From the NCBI GenBank assembly GCA_016748015.1, contig JAAOMT010000633.1:28196-92195 (forward strand): DNA of 64,000 nt, read 5' to 3'. This document shows positions 50,291-63,782 of the stretch, piece by piece. Each line of letters starts with the position of its first letter. Within the stretch, counting starts at the first letter, position 1. The notes beneath the pieces are model-generated. The model did not search any database and was not told where the DNA came from. It saw only the letters and a list, made by a program, of their open reading frames with translations. The DNA comes from Geosiphon pyriformis uo1 (lineage: Eukaryota > Fungi > Glomeromycota). The position numbers were made by a program, and so were the translations under genes.

Positions 50291-53200
50291 GTGGTGATCA
50301 TACCAGATGAAACAACTCTAAGGTATTACCAATTAATTTACACCCACTGTAAGCAAAGATTCAACATTCCAGACGGAATTAAAGTTGTCAAGAAATCAGT
50401 ATACCAATACATTGAAAACTGCATTAACAATTATCTTTTTGGAAATTACAATATCTCAGAAGTTAGAAGCAACCTTTACAATAATTTAACACACTATTCA
50501 CAGTTGGGAACTGAAGACCTTAACAGCAAAATACTTGCCACTTACTTTCAAGAACTTAATTTTAACATTATCAAGTACTGTAAAGAAACATATCTAGTGC
50601 AGTCTCAATACTCTATTGATTTTGAATCAAAAACAGAAACAAGCAACAAAGACAAACAAAAATTGAAGCAATACTCAAAACCACCCCAAATACCCCAATA
50701 CTACCAAAAACAACTGCCAAACACTTACAAACACCTGAACAAGGAACCAGTTCAAAACTTCCACTTACTATCACACTTTTTCCAGCTTCATTTGCACAAG
50801 CACAAACACCTAATTCACCCTTGAATTGATTTACAAGACCAGAAAATTTTACATCACTCAGAAGTTTTACCAGACAGCAAGAACTCCTTCAAACTAGTTC
50901 CAATCTTTTTGATTTTCTAGCTGAAAATCAAAGCGAACACTCTGAGACAGCAGCAAACAAAGAAAATGACTCTGAAATAACCGAAGAAGAATCAATAGAC
51001 AGTAAAAATGAAGAAAACAAAATGACAGCATACATTGCAAAAATCTCTGAATTTAATGGAGAAGACATTGAGACCAGTCCCCAAGAATGGCTCGATCAAG
51101 TTACTAAAGCTGGAGATGCAAATGGATGGAATGCTGCCAGAATATTAAGAATAATTTTCTACTTTCTTAAAAGAACAGCAGGAGAATAGTTTGAAAACTT
51201 GGCTGCTCCATTCAATGATTGGAATGCTTTTAAAGCAGCCTTTTTTTAACAGTTTACTGACAATAATATCTCCATCACTCTTCGAAATTGGTTTCACAAT
51301 ATCAAACAAGAATCCTCCGAATTTGTTATGACTTATATTGGAAAATTCAACAACCTTTTCAGATGAATTCGCCAACTCGAAACAAACAATTATTATTCTG
51401 ATGCTCAAATTTTGGATCAATTTATCGCTGGTCTAAAAGATAAACTAATTAAAAAGATTTGCCCACATGTGTTAAAAGATTTAAACTCTGCCATACAGCA
51501 TGCAAAAAGATACGAAATGGCCATAGAAGAGGCCAATTGCACAAAACTTGTAAATTTGGCAATTGAAGAAACCAGCTCAGCAGCTGAGAAAAAAATTGAC
51601 CAACTCACAAAGAAGGTTGAAAACTATTTCACCAATCAACAACAACAGCAACCCCAAAAATATCAACCACTCCAAAGATGAAATCAAAATAACTTTGCAC
51701 CACTTTCTAATAACCAGTCTTAGAATTGCTATTACTGTAGAATTCCTGGCCACTGGAAAAGATATTGCAGAAAGCTATAATGAGACCAACAAAATAGGAG
51801 TAATCAACGTTATCCTCTACCACAGCAATCTTATTATCAACCACCACTACCAGCTTACTATCCACCAAGACCCTAATATTAAAATAACTATTATCAGCCT
51901 GTCTCACAGCCAATCCAACAGCAATACCAACAAACACCCACACAACATTATCAAGTACCTGTTCAAAAACTGATTACACAAAATCAATTTACACTACAAA
52001 ACCAATACCAAGTAAACAACAATAGAATCAGTTCGAACAACTAAGTGGTTCCCCAAAATTCCACTCAACCAAGACCCAATCACTATTACACTCAACCCAG
52101 TTATTTAATCATGCCAGAAGAACAGGATTTTCATTATACTGCACCCTCAGAAGGTAGAGCTACAGCACAACAACAAAACTCTTCCTATACTTCCATCACA
52201 ATTTCACCAGCCAGAATTGCTGAAAATGCCAACTTTTCAGATATATTCCCTTTTGAGTTCAAAGCAAATGAGTCACCATTCTTGCTTAGCAATACAGCCG
52301 CCAACAAACAAAAAGCAATCACGGCTATGTACACTGAAGCAGAAGTCAAAGGAAAGACAATTTGCTTGATTCTAGACAGTGGATCCACTGAAAGCATTAT
52401 CACCTACCAGTTAATGCAACAGTTGAAGAGAAATGTTGACTGACCAGCTCAAACAGTAATTGTCACTGCTGATGGCATGAAAAAGACCCCAGTAGGAGAA
52501 ATTGACAATTTTCCATTCACTCTTGATAGAATCACCATTCCAGTCAAAGTTCTTATAATGAATGCACCCCAGTATCAAGCCCTTGTCAGAAATGATTGGC
52601 TTCAAAAAGCCAATGCAAAATTAGACTGAAAAACCCAAGAATTACAACTCTTCTATCAAGAACAATATACCCGAGTATCCATTACTTGTGGTACATTCAA
52701 CAAATGCTCTGAGAAAGCCCCGGCTTTTGAATTCGAACCGAAAGAGAAAAAACCCATCATTGAAACATTTATGGCACTTGGATTAACTTCCAATTGGGCT
52801 GATGAAACTGAACAACAGTACTTTTCAACAAATGATTCTCTTGAAACAAAAGAACCAGTAACAACCAGATGGAATGTTCCCTATTCAAAACCAGAACCAC
52901 AAAAACAACGCTCTTACATTTCACTCAAATACAAAGATTGTCACAAAATACTCTCATCAATGGGAGCCTGCATTTCACCTGAAGAAGAATATGAAAATCA
53001 TACTTGTTATTACTGCAAGGCTTGTCACAGAGAATAATGGGGCCATCTAATAAAAAGAAGTGGGAAATGGGACAACACCCCTTGTTTGACTTGTGGAGAT
53101 ATACTACTGGAAGAATGCAATTGGATTGATGTAGCCATGAGAGGAGGAGTCTGCAATCAGACCTGCCAATATGCTTTATTAATTTCAGAAAAAGTAAAAA

Positions 53201-55923
53201 GAGGAACACTCTTTAATGAGGCATACAACAGTGCTTTCAACAAACTTTATCATTATCTTCATGATGCCAAGATGATTTTCAACTTAGCAATGGCATTAAT
53301 TAATGGAGCTACCAAAAAAGATGTCCATCAAATGAAAGAAGCAGAATACATTAAATACACCATGGAATTAGCTGGATTTGATTATGAAGATGAAGTAGAA
53401 GTCTACTACCAAATTGCAAGTTACACCTATCCAACCCAAAAAGCTCAAATTTAACAATTAAAGCAAATGAACATTAGACTATATGAAGAATGCATTATGT
53501 CTTGTGATGAACAGTGGTGTTCTGAATGTTACGCTTTTAGCATCCCCTTGTCCAGTGAAAGTGATGAGAATGAAATTGAATTTGGAGAACCTAAAGCAAT
53601 GGAAGAAATTGAAACAACATCCATTTACTTTATCGAAAATTAGCCTGTCTTACAACTCAAATACTTCAACAACAATGGACAAGGAATAAAACCCAAAAAA
53701 GCACACGAAATTGATGCTGGATATGACCTATGATATCCAGACAAGGATACTCTTGTTCTCAAACCCAAATCTCTCACAAAAATTAACCTCAAAATTGCAC
53801 TCAAAATTCCGCCAGGAGCAATGGTTCAAATCGCCTTCCGGTCCTCTCTGGCAAGCAAAAAAATCAATGTCAGAGAAAAAATAATCAATGCTGGATATAC
53901 TGGAGACATTACAGTGATGCTTCAAAATGAAACTAACAAACCATTCAAGATCGAACATGCTGAAAAAATTGTCCAAGCTATTTATCTACCTCTAATCAAC
54001 ATTTCAGGTTTGCAACTAGTCAATCAAAGAGAACAATTAGGAAAAAGCGATAGAAGAACCCAAGGTTTTGGTTCAACTGGACAATTCACAGTTCCAGTTA
54101 ATATAGCTCTTAACACACAGAATGAATCCCACCAGATTCTCAGACTTTCACAACCAATTATCATCTCACCCTTTAGAAAACATCCGGAAATCTATGCCTG
54201 TCCAAAGCCAACAACCACACAACAAATTTTTAAGTCTAATGAACAAGTCTGCTTGGAACATAATATTTTGATCTCAAACATTTATATTCCAGAAGGAACA
54301 AAGAAAGTCTGAGTTACTTTTTACAATTCCAACAATTACCCCATAGTTTTATTAAATAATTTAGAAATTGGAGTTATTCACAGTAATATATTTCAATAAG
54401 AATTACCCCAAACAGTCTCCGATTTCTCTGAAATTATTGGACATACATTACCAAAAATCAACCCAAACTCCAGCTCTGAAAACTACCATGTTGTCATGGA
54501 AAAACTATTTCGAATCAACATGGGACAACTTGAACCACAACAACAAAGCCAGCTCAAAAAGCTAATTGCAGAATTTGCTAATATCTTTGCTGAAAACAAT
54601 AATGACTTAGGAAGAACTGATTTGGTTCAACATCAAATCTACACAGAAGATGTCAAACCAAGGTGACAACAAGCCTATCAAGTTGCTCCAGAAAGCCACC
54701 AATTCATCTGAGAAGAAGTACAACAAATGCTTAACAATGGGCTCATCCAACCCTCTATAAGTGCTTGGGCTTCACCTGTAGTGCTAGTTAAAAAGAAAAA
54801 TAGAAAGATATAATTTTGTGTTAACTATCAACAACTCAACAGTGTTACAATTGGAAATGCCTATCCCTTTCTCCAAATTGATGACATGTTAGATGCCCTT
54901 GGAAAATCCAAATACTTTTCAACACTAGATTTAGAAAGTGGTTACAGGCAAGTTGCTATGGATCCCAAAAATTGTCCTAAAACAGCATTCACTACCCAAG
55001 GCAGAAATTACAAGTTCAATGTAATGCCTTTCAGATTATGCAATGCACCAGCAATGTTTTAGAAATTAATGGATTTTGTGTACCAAGGACTCCTTTGGAA
55101 GTCAGTAATCATTTATCTTGACAATACTGATGTTTATTCTCCATTGTTTGAATTACACTTAAAACATCTGCGAGAAGTTTTTCAATGATTACAAAAAGCA
55201 GGACTAAAATTCAACATCGAAAAATGCTACTTTGGAAAAACAAGCTTGGCCTTCCTTGGTCATATCATTAGTAAAGATGGAATCAAACCAGACTCTGGAA
55301 AAATCAGCACTGTCAAAAATTTCAAAATTCCTCAAAATACTACAGAACTAAGAGGATTCATAGGATTAGCCTTCTACTATCGAAAGTTTATCAAAGGATT
55401 CTTAGAAATCGCAAAACTTCTTAACCAGCTTACCACCAAAAATGTCGAATACAAATGAACTGCTGAATGCCAAAATGCATTTGAAATCCTCAAAGAAAAA
55501 CTAACGACAGCTCCAATTCTCGCCTACCCAGATTTCAGCAACTGATTCCGATTAGCAACAGATGCCTTTTATACTGCCTTTGGTGCTATTCTATTACAAT
55601 TGGATGACAATAGAAATGAGTGAGTAATTGCCTATGCTAGCAGAACATTAAAACCAGCTGAAAGAAATTATTCTGCCACTGAATTGGAAACAGCAGCTGT
55701 AATTTGGGCTCTACATTATTTCAACCTTTATCTCTGGCCAAAGGAATTTGATATTATCACTGATAATATTGGACTCAAATGGCTTCAGAACAAAAATACT
55801 CAGCTGAATGCAAAACAAACCCGATGGACAGGATTTCTAGCAAACTATCAATACATAGTACATCACAAACCAGGAAAACTCTACACCAATGTTGACTGTC
55901 TCTCCAGAATAAGACAAGATTAG
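50291..55923 (+). pseudogene. gag-pol: F gag-PR-Cys-rich-dUTPase-RT-RNase H polyprotein
   Basis: DQFIAGL, CYYCRIPGHWKRYC, LILDSGSTES, DAGYDL/RSSLA/GFGSTG, RT, NVDCLSRIRQD*. One frame after a shift near 50680. Confidence 0.93.
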
Positions 55924-55974
55924 AAAACACAAAAACCAACACTCAACTTAACCAACCAAAACAGCCAACAAACA

Positions 55975-57360
55975 ATGAATTTGGAAAACTACAACAATCT
56001 CAAACAATATTTGGAAACATTAACAATTCCAATAGATTGGTCTTCAGATGAAAAACATTGACTACAACAACAAACCAAACAATATTTTCTACACAACAAC
56101 ATTATTTATTATCGAAATTTCAAAAACCCAGACAAACCATTCAGATTAATACAAGAACAGAAAAAAAAAACTATATTATACAACATGCACTCAGATTCTT
56201 CATTAGCACACTTCGGAAAAGACAGCACCATCCAAAGAACACTAGAATACTACTTTTGGCCTCAAATGAGAAAAAACATTCATGAATATGTCGAATCTTG
56301 TGATAGTTGTCAAAGAAAAAGAGGAACATGCCCTACTGAACCATTAAATCCAATCAAAGTTGGACAACCCTTCGACCGAGTTGGTATCAATTTAGTCAGA
56401 CTACTATCTATTACCACTCAAGGAAACCATTATATTGCAGTAGCTGTAGACTATCTTACTAAATGGCCTGAAATCAGAGCCATTCAACGAGCAAATGCAA
56501 AATCAGTAGCAAATTTCATCTACGAAAACATCATTTGTAGACATGGATGTTCAATTGAACTTTTATCTGATCAGGGAACACACTTTGTGAACAACCTGAT
56601 ACAAAAAATTTGCGAACAATTCAATGTCAAAAGACCTCTGTTTTCGTCCTACCATCTACAAACAAACGGACTTATGGAACATTTTAACAGAACATTGTGT
56701 GAGTCATTAGCCAAAGTCTTAACCGATTTTGAGCAAAAATGGGACATCTTTATTCCATCAGTGTTACTAGCATATAGAACACTAAAACAAGATACCACAA
56801 AACACACACCATTTGATTTAACTTATGAAAAAACAGTAATATTACCAATTAGTTTTACAGTAAAAACATACCCAACACAACCAATCAATAAAAACAATTT
56901 CCAGGAAACACTACAATGAAAAGCCTACACTCTGCTTAGCACATTGAAAGATAAATGACGAATAGCAGCAACTCATATTGAACATTCTTAAGCTCAACAA
57001 AAAGAAAGACATGACAACAAATTACCACCTATTACTAATGAATTTAAAGTTGAAAATAAAGTTCTCCTACACAGAACTAAAGCTGAAAAACAATGGAGTG
57101 GAAAATTTGAAAATAAATGGGATGGACCATTTTTTATTCATGAAATTCTAGACAATGGATCATACAAGCTAAGACTTGATGACAAAATCTTAGCAAAAGT
57201 TGCACATGGAGATTGTTTGAAACACTATAATTCCAGAAACAATCCTAAATCATTAATTCCACAAATTGGCACACATTCCCCTTTAATCAATCTCGAAGAT
57301 ATTCCTCAGAATTTAGAACCAATAGTTGTCATTGAACAACCTTCTAACTTGAACACTTAA
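55975..57360 (+). pseudogene. int: F integrase ORF
   Basis: MNLENY start, MHSDSSLAHFG...CDSC, SDQGTHF, WDGPFF; ends LEPIVVIEQPSNLNT*. Confidence 0.93.
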
Positions 57361-57482
57361 TTTAAATTTATTATTATAGTTATCTTCTTATAATTTAGAA
57401 ACAATCTCACAAAAACAAAACAAAAATAACATAAAAACTTATACACCAAAAATAATTTTCTTTTATTTTCAAATTTTTTATA

Positions 57483-58202
57483 ATGACTATTCCTTAAAAC
57501 ATTCAACAATTATCCTAAAAACTAATGTTAGCTTTAAAAACAATACCTGAATTATCTATTACTGTTACTGGAAACCACATTAATTATGCCCAAACAGAAG
57601 TAGTCACAAATTTAGCCCCAAATTCACGAAAATATTACCTATATAAAAAGAACACAAGAAGTTATTCTGGAATCCACCTGTCAGAACTCTTAAAGCTTGT
57701 TTTAAGAAGAAATTTAATGTTCACTTCTATTAGTATTCCACCAAATACTACTATTCAACAAAAACTTCAACTGTGTCTTAATGAAGAAAACCATAACTAT
57801 ACTCCAATATATAGATATTTCTACATTGGAAAAACACTTCACGAACAAAAACAAGAGCTTACAGCAGCAAACCTCATAAAAAAAGCTATTCAAAAACAAC
57901 TCCACAACGAATTCAAAACAACAGCTGGATTTACAAACAGTCGCTATAAACTAAGAGCTGCTCTTAGACTTTATGACCTATTCCACACCTGTGAAAACAT
58001 TCTACAAAACCCAATTTTACAACTTTTGAAGATTCAATACATTGAAAAGCTCACAGAACTGAAATTTCAACAATTTTCAGACCAAATTTCTTCAATAATT
58101 TTGGATTATTATCTGAAAATTACAAACAGTACTTGGATTTCGACAGAGCTCAGTTTTGAGGAGAAGGTTATGTTACCAGATGAAATTAGAGATATTATTT
58201 AG
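57483..58202 (+). pseudogene. F ORF3, unknown protein, nearly intact (225 aa open from 57525)
   Basis: YRYFYIGKTL...RAALRLYDLF...IEKLTELKF; two TAA (likely from CAA) near the start; the frame runs through the PPT into the LTR. Confidence 0.8.
58158..58170 (+). promoter_or_regulatory. F polypurine tract
   Basis: GAGGAGAAGGTTA before the LTR. Confidence 0.88.
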
Positions 58203-59154
58203 CATGAAATTATCTTTATAATTCCCATTATTAATTAACACATATTATCATTTCAAATTATCACTTATTACATTAACAAAATATCTAAAATTATCATTTA
58301 ATTAATAACCCAATTTGTATTTAACACAAATATAACCCAAGTATAATGATCAATCATGCAATATCCTGAACTATGTAACATTCAAAAAGTTTGCCAAAAT
58401 TTGTAGAAATTTGCCGAAATAATTGATAGTTCACCAAAATATCTAATAGTTCACAGAAATAACTTGTAGTTCACCAAAATGTATCTTTAGTTCAGCGAAA
58501 TTGTAGAAAATAGCAAAGTTCAAGTCCATAGAATAGTGTTATGACAAGTTGTATAAAAAAAGAGCTTTTCTCTTCAAGAAAATGTATTTTACTTCAGATT
58601 TAATAATTAGAATCATCTTTTATACACAAAAACAAAATAAATATCAAATAAATTCAAAAAGCCAAATTCTTAATTACTTCTTTTGAAATTAACTAATTCC
58701 TACTAACAGTTGAAATTGATTAGCTACCAATTTCAGTAGACTGTTAAAACACTTCCAGGCCTGGATCTGAAATAACTTCCATAAATCATCAGTTTTACTT
58801 TTTCTTTTATATTTCTTTTATTTTCTTTCTTTTCTTATTAGAAATCATTTGGATAGCTTATGAACAAGAATTTTTGTAGAAGAGTTGACTTTCACAGCAA
58901 AGTAACTACACATTTTAGTGAGCTTCCAGACGAGCAATTCCTGGAAAAGAGTTAACATTTACTACAACATAACTATACAAAATAACTGGCACAGAATTGG
59001 CTATTCTACTTATAAGCCCAGCAGTTCAAATTATAAGAGATAATTTAAAGATAAATTCAGTTACTGGAGGTTCAACCACATTCAGAAAACGTGAATTCAC
59101 AGCAAATGGACATCAACAACATTTAAGAAAAGAGACCAAAAACCTCCAGTAACA
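58171..59154 (+). repeat. F 3' LTR
   Basis: Direct repeat of 49262-50245. Confidence 0.95.
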
Positions 59155-59158
59155 CTGG

Positions 59159-59364
59159 TCACCATGCTGAGAAAAAAATTTGATGAAATTGTGATTCTGG
59201 AAGGCTACTGAAACAACTATTAAATCTCTGTCTATTATACAAAAAACTCTGCAACAAAACTTTCAGATCAATTAAACCTTTAGAAATCAACACCAGAATA
59301 CCAATCAAGCACCAAGTTATAAATTTATTATTGGCTTTGAGATCCCAAATAAACATCTATAACA
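59159..59364 (+). repeat. E 3' LTR, right part
   Basis: Matches 40079-40284. Confidence 0.93.
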
Positions 59365-60270
59365 GCAAAAGCAATTCAAAGAGCAGATACAAAATCTATA
59401 GCCAAATTTATTTACCAAGTCCTAATTTGTTGACATAGATGTCCAAAAAAATTGTTATCAGATCAAAGAACTCATTTTGTAAATAGAACACTAATAGAAT
59501 TAAGCCAAAGATTTAAAATTAAAAGACCATTTCTATTACAATATTATCTACAAACAAATAGTTTAGTAGAAAGATTTAACAAAACATTGTGTGAAACAAT
59601 AGTCAAAATCAGTTAAAAAAACCAAAATGAATGGAATTTGTTTATATTATCAGTACTATTTGCTTATCAAACAATAAAACAAGATATTACACAAGCAACA
59701 CAATTTAAACTTGTTTATAATAGAACAACAACATTACCAGTTGAGATAAAAGTCAATACATATTTAACTGAACCAATAAATAAAGCCAATTTTCAAAAAA
59801 CATTGCTAAGAAGAATGTACAAACTAATAAAACCATTAGAAAACAAAAGACAAAGAGCAGCTGATAACATTTAAAGATTACAAAAAAAACGACATGATAA
59901 ACAATTACCAGATAAACCAATTGAATTCAGAATTAGAGACAAAGTACTCTTATATCATACCAAAGTAGAAAAACAATAGAGTAAAAAATTTGACCCCAAA
60001 TGAAATAAACCATTTTACATAGAAAAATTTTAGGAAATAGAGCTTATAAACTGAGATAAGACAACAAAATCTTAGCCAAAGCAGCACATAGTAATTGATT
60101 GAAACTATATTACAATACAGTATTATCATCAACCAGTAATATTCTACAACTAGAAATACAATGAATACTAGTCCAATCAAATGAGATTTCACGAGATCTG
60201 GAACCAATTATAATCATTTTTTCAAACATGTCAAGTTAATTAACCCAAAAGAGTATATAAAAACACAGTA
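59365..60270 (+). pseudogene. int: D integrase core and C-terminus
   Basis: KAIQRAD, SDQRTHF, LVERFN, RDLEPIIII; the end position is approximate. Confidence 0.85.
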
Positions 60271-60925
60271 TATGTAATAAAAACAACAAAAAAAATAGAA
60301 ATACCAGATCATATTTACACCTTAGTTCAACAATTATTTCAGGTCTTAAATCAACAATTGAACATGGAAATCACTATTAACTACCAAACAATCTGCTATC
60401 AAAACACCAAGCAAAAAAAAAAGTACACCATATCAATAACCACAGAACCAGCCAAAAAACTGATCAGATAAAATAGTAGAAAAAGTAAAAAACATTTTTA
60501 AGAAAATATTCATCATGGTTTCAACAAAAAAACTTTCAAAAAAAAATTGGAAACAGTAGATAGAACAACTTCTAATATTATACTGCTACTATTAGTTGAA
60601 ACAAAAGTTGAATATTCAGAAGTTATATCTTAATAAAACCAAAAGAATATTTAATCAAAAGATAATATAAAATATTGAAGACATTATTGAAAAGAAAACA
60701 AATTTGACACTACACATTAAAACAATCTATCGATTATAAACAATATTTTAAAACTACTTAAAAATATTGCTACACTCTAACATGGAAACAATAACTATTA
60801 ACTAATAGGGAAGAATAAACAATTTACAAATTGAAGATATAAGAACCAAAATTGAACAAACAATACTAGAAAGAAAAATTATAGAAATAATTTAAAATAA
60901 ATATTTTGATGGAGCTTAATATTAA
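60264..60925 (+). pseudogene. D ORF3 remnant
   Basis: EIPDHIYTLVQQLFQ...YCYY*L...FDGA*Y*. Confidence 0.65.
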
Positions 60926-60938
60926 AAAAAAGAGATAA

Positions 60939-61711
60939 TATTACTCATAGAAAAAAACATACAAGAAAATAGTAAAAAAAATAGATAAACCAATAGAAAA
61001 ATAGTAGTTAACATGTAAGCATATTGCTCAGCAATGTGAGCATTGTTTAAAAAATTATAGCACATTGCTTAAGAATGTGAGTGATCTCATAGAATTCAAA
61101 TTATGTATATATAGCAAAAGCATTAGAAGCAAAAAAGACAGAATCTCCAGCTAAAATTAATATCAAAATCAAGTAAAAACATCTTAATTAGAATTATCAA
61201 TATCAATAAATAATTATTTATTATTTAAATTAATCTCTTTACTATCGACATTTTATGTTAATAATCTCTGATATTTAATTATACTAGACCAATAGTTCTT
61301 AATTATGGCTATTGACAAAATATTAACTTTTTATTGTCTTGGCTTATTTTTTTATTTTTTTTATTTTTTTATTTTTTATTTTATTTACTAATTAATTAAA
61401 GATTAATACATGGAGTTATTAACATTAAAGTAACTGGTAAAAAACCTAAGAATAAGAATAAAACACTCAAGAATTGAAAATGATTTACTAGGAGAATTAC
61501 TGACCATCATGCTAAAAAAAAAATTTGACAGAATTGCAATTCTGGAAAGTGACAAATAAAACAACATTTGAATCTCTGTCTATTATACAAAAAACTCAAC
61601 CAAAACCTTTAGACAACCAAAACTTTTATATAATACCAATTATATTAAGTTATTGAGCACTAAGTTACAGATTTGTTATTTGATTCAAGATCCCAAATAT
61701 CATTTGTAATA
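60939..61711 (+). repeat. D 3' LTR
   Basis: T(A)TTAC...GTAA(T)A; R/U5 part is homologous to the A/B/E LTRs; decayed PPT upstream. Confidence 0.85.
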
Positions 61712-61770
61712 TTGTATATATTAGCCATTAATGTTATATAATTAGCCACTCTATTTTTAGATAGTAATCA

Positions 61771-61824
61771 TTAACCTGATCAATAACATAATTGTTGACC
61801 TGATTATTGATCTGATTATTGACT
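61771..61824 (+). repeat. Short 12-bp tandem repeat (TTGACCTGATTA-like)
   Basis: ttgacctgatta ttgatctgatta ttgact, plus a degenerate upstream copy. Confidence 0.6.
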
Positions 61825-62738
61825 ACTTTTAATAGCTAAATAAGCAATAAAACTTTTAACTATAGAAAAACATATTAAAAATCAAAAAAATCAAATAAAT
61901 AAAATAACAACTTTTATCTCAATTCTTCTCTTATTGCTAATTTTTTTTTTCTTATCTTTAAGTATCTGAATATCTTGAAATAAAAAATTATTTGTTGGTT
62001 ATTTTCTACCTTTGTCTTGAAATGTATAATTGCAGCATTTGAAGATTATTGAATAAAACATGACTGAAGAATACATTTGATATCTGATATTGAATTCTAA
62101 GAGCACTGACATAAGACATAAAATTATACCAGTATGTAATTATTTGTTAATAGTATGTATTATTTTTCTACTTTTAGATTCTCCAGTTATCTTTTAAAAA
62201 GTATAGTAACTGAGATATTTTATGAAACTGATCTCACACATTAAATCCATACTCATTCAATTTACTCTTTGAAGTTAAAATTTTTTTGATTCTTTTTATC
62301 ACTCTATAATTTTGTTTTATCTTGCTATTTATTAGCTTGTTATTTCAATTTGTAACAATAGTAAATAATATTGAAAAAAATCAAATTATAAGTGAAAGAA
62401 TCAAGCAATTTTTAAAAAAATATTAGTACTTATTCTAATAATTTTTATGTTTTTTTATTATAATTTCAAGAAACAAGATAATATTTTTTATTATTTGTAC
62501 TTTTTAATATTATTTTGTATTAATTTTATATTTTTTAATAAGATAATAATAACCAAAACAATATATTATATAATATTACTAACTTATCTGTTGGCTATTA
62601 TAAAATACACCAAATTGCTTACAATTAATATATTAATAATACCAAAGTAATGCAAAAAAAATGCTGTATAAAATGCAAAACAGAAATATCTTATAAGATT
62701 AAAAATTTTATGCAAATTAGAATTCTAAAGATTGATTA

Positions 62739-63553
62739 NNNNNNNNNNNNNNNNNNNNNNNNNNNNNNNNNNNNNNNNNNNNNNNNNNNNNNNNNNNNNN
62801 NNNNNNNNNNNNNNNNNNNNNNNNNNNNNNNNNNNNNNNNNNNNNNNNNNNNNNNNNNNNNNNNNNNNNNNNNNNNNNNNNNNNNNNNNNNNNNNNNNNN
62901 NNNNNNNNNNNNNNNNNNNNNNNNNNNNNNNNNNNNNNNNNNNNNNNNNNNNNNNNNNNNNNNNNNNNNNNNNNNNNNNNNNNNNNNNNNNNNNNNNNNN
63001 NNNNNNNNNNNNNNNNNNNNNNNNNNNNNNNNNNNNNNNNNNNNNNNNNNNNNNNNNNNNNNNNNNNNNNNNNNNNNNNNNNNNNNNNNNNNNNNNNNNN
63101 NNNNNNNNNNNNNNNNNNNNNNNNNNNNNNNNNNNNNNNNNNNNNNNNNNNNNNNNNNNNNNNNNNNNNNNNNNNNNNNNNNNNNNNNNNNNNNNNNNNN
63201 NNNNNNNNNNNNNNNNNNNNNNNNNNNNNNNNNNNNNNNNNNNNNNNNNNNNNNNNNNNNNNNNNNNNNNNNNNNNNNNNNNNNNNNNNNNNNNNNNNNN
63301 NNNNNNNNNNNNNNNNNNNNNNNNNNNNNNNNNNNNNNNNNNNNNNNNNNNNNNNNNNNNNNNNNNNNNNNNNNNNNNNNNNNNNNNNNNNNNNNNNNNN
63401 NNNNNNNNNNNNNNNNNNNNNNNNNNNNNNNNNNNNNNNNNNNNNNNNNNNNNNNNNNNNNNNNNNNNNNNNNNNNNNNNNNNNNNNNNNNNNNNNNNNN
63501 NNNNNNNNNNNNNNNNNNNNNNNNNNNNNNNNNNNNNNNNNNNNNNNNNNNNN
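62739..63553. other. Assembly gap
   Basis: Run of N. Confidence 1.
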
Positions 63554-63749
63554 AATTTGGAAAGTATCTAATATTTGGTAATTATAATTAAAATTCGTAA
63601 TAATTAAAAATTAATGAACCCAGTTCTCTGCAAGGTTTGTGAAAATTTCATTATACCAATTTATTTTTTGCACCAATAATAGAATGACAAATATGGATAT
63701 CAACATTCTAAGCCTTATTTGTCTGTTTTCATTTCATAAAAAAATTAGC

Positions 63750-63782
63750 TATTATTATTATTATTATTATTATTACTATTAT
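63750..63782. repeat. (TAT)n microsatellite
   Basis: About 11 units with one interruption. Confidence 0.85.

Larger units (their letters stand above)
49262..59154 (+). mobile_element. Element F: uninterrupted 9893-bp element of a third family, inserted in the E 3' LTR
   Basis: 984-bp LTRs at 49262-50245 and 58171-59154; perfect TSD CTGG (49258-49261 / 59155-59158). Confidence 0.96.
39489..59364 (+). mobile_element. Element E: full-length decayed element inserted in the D integrase; its 3' LTR is split by F
   Basis: LTRs 39489-40284 and 48605-49261 plus 59159-59364; perfect TSD GCAA (39485-39488 / 59365-59368). Confidence 0.94.
34332..61711 (+). mobile_element. Element D: outermost and most decayed element; its 5' LTR and gag start lie left of the window; interrupted by Z and E
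   Basis: Begins mid-capsid at 34332 and is collinear with B and E. The integrase rejoins across E (K*PKA/KAIQRA). 3' LTR at 60939-61711. Confidence 0.88.

Noticed and set aside
57100-57360. Chromodomain at the integrase C-terminus
   Set aside because: After the GPF motif there is only a short tail ending LEPIVxI, with no aromatic-cage chromodomain motif.
57525-58202. ORF3 as an env gene
   Set aside because: No signal peptide, transmembrane segment or furin-cleavage/fusion architecture, and it is too short.
62132-62177. Possible intron (GTATGT...TTTTAG) of a host gene
   Set aside because: No convincing flanking exons or recognisable protein; such motifs are common in AT-rich DNA.
62447-62650. 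67-aa hydrophobic ORF
   Set aside because: Low-complexity F/Y/I/K translation of AT-rich DNA.
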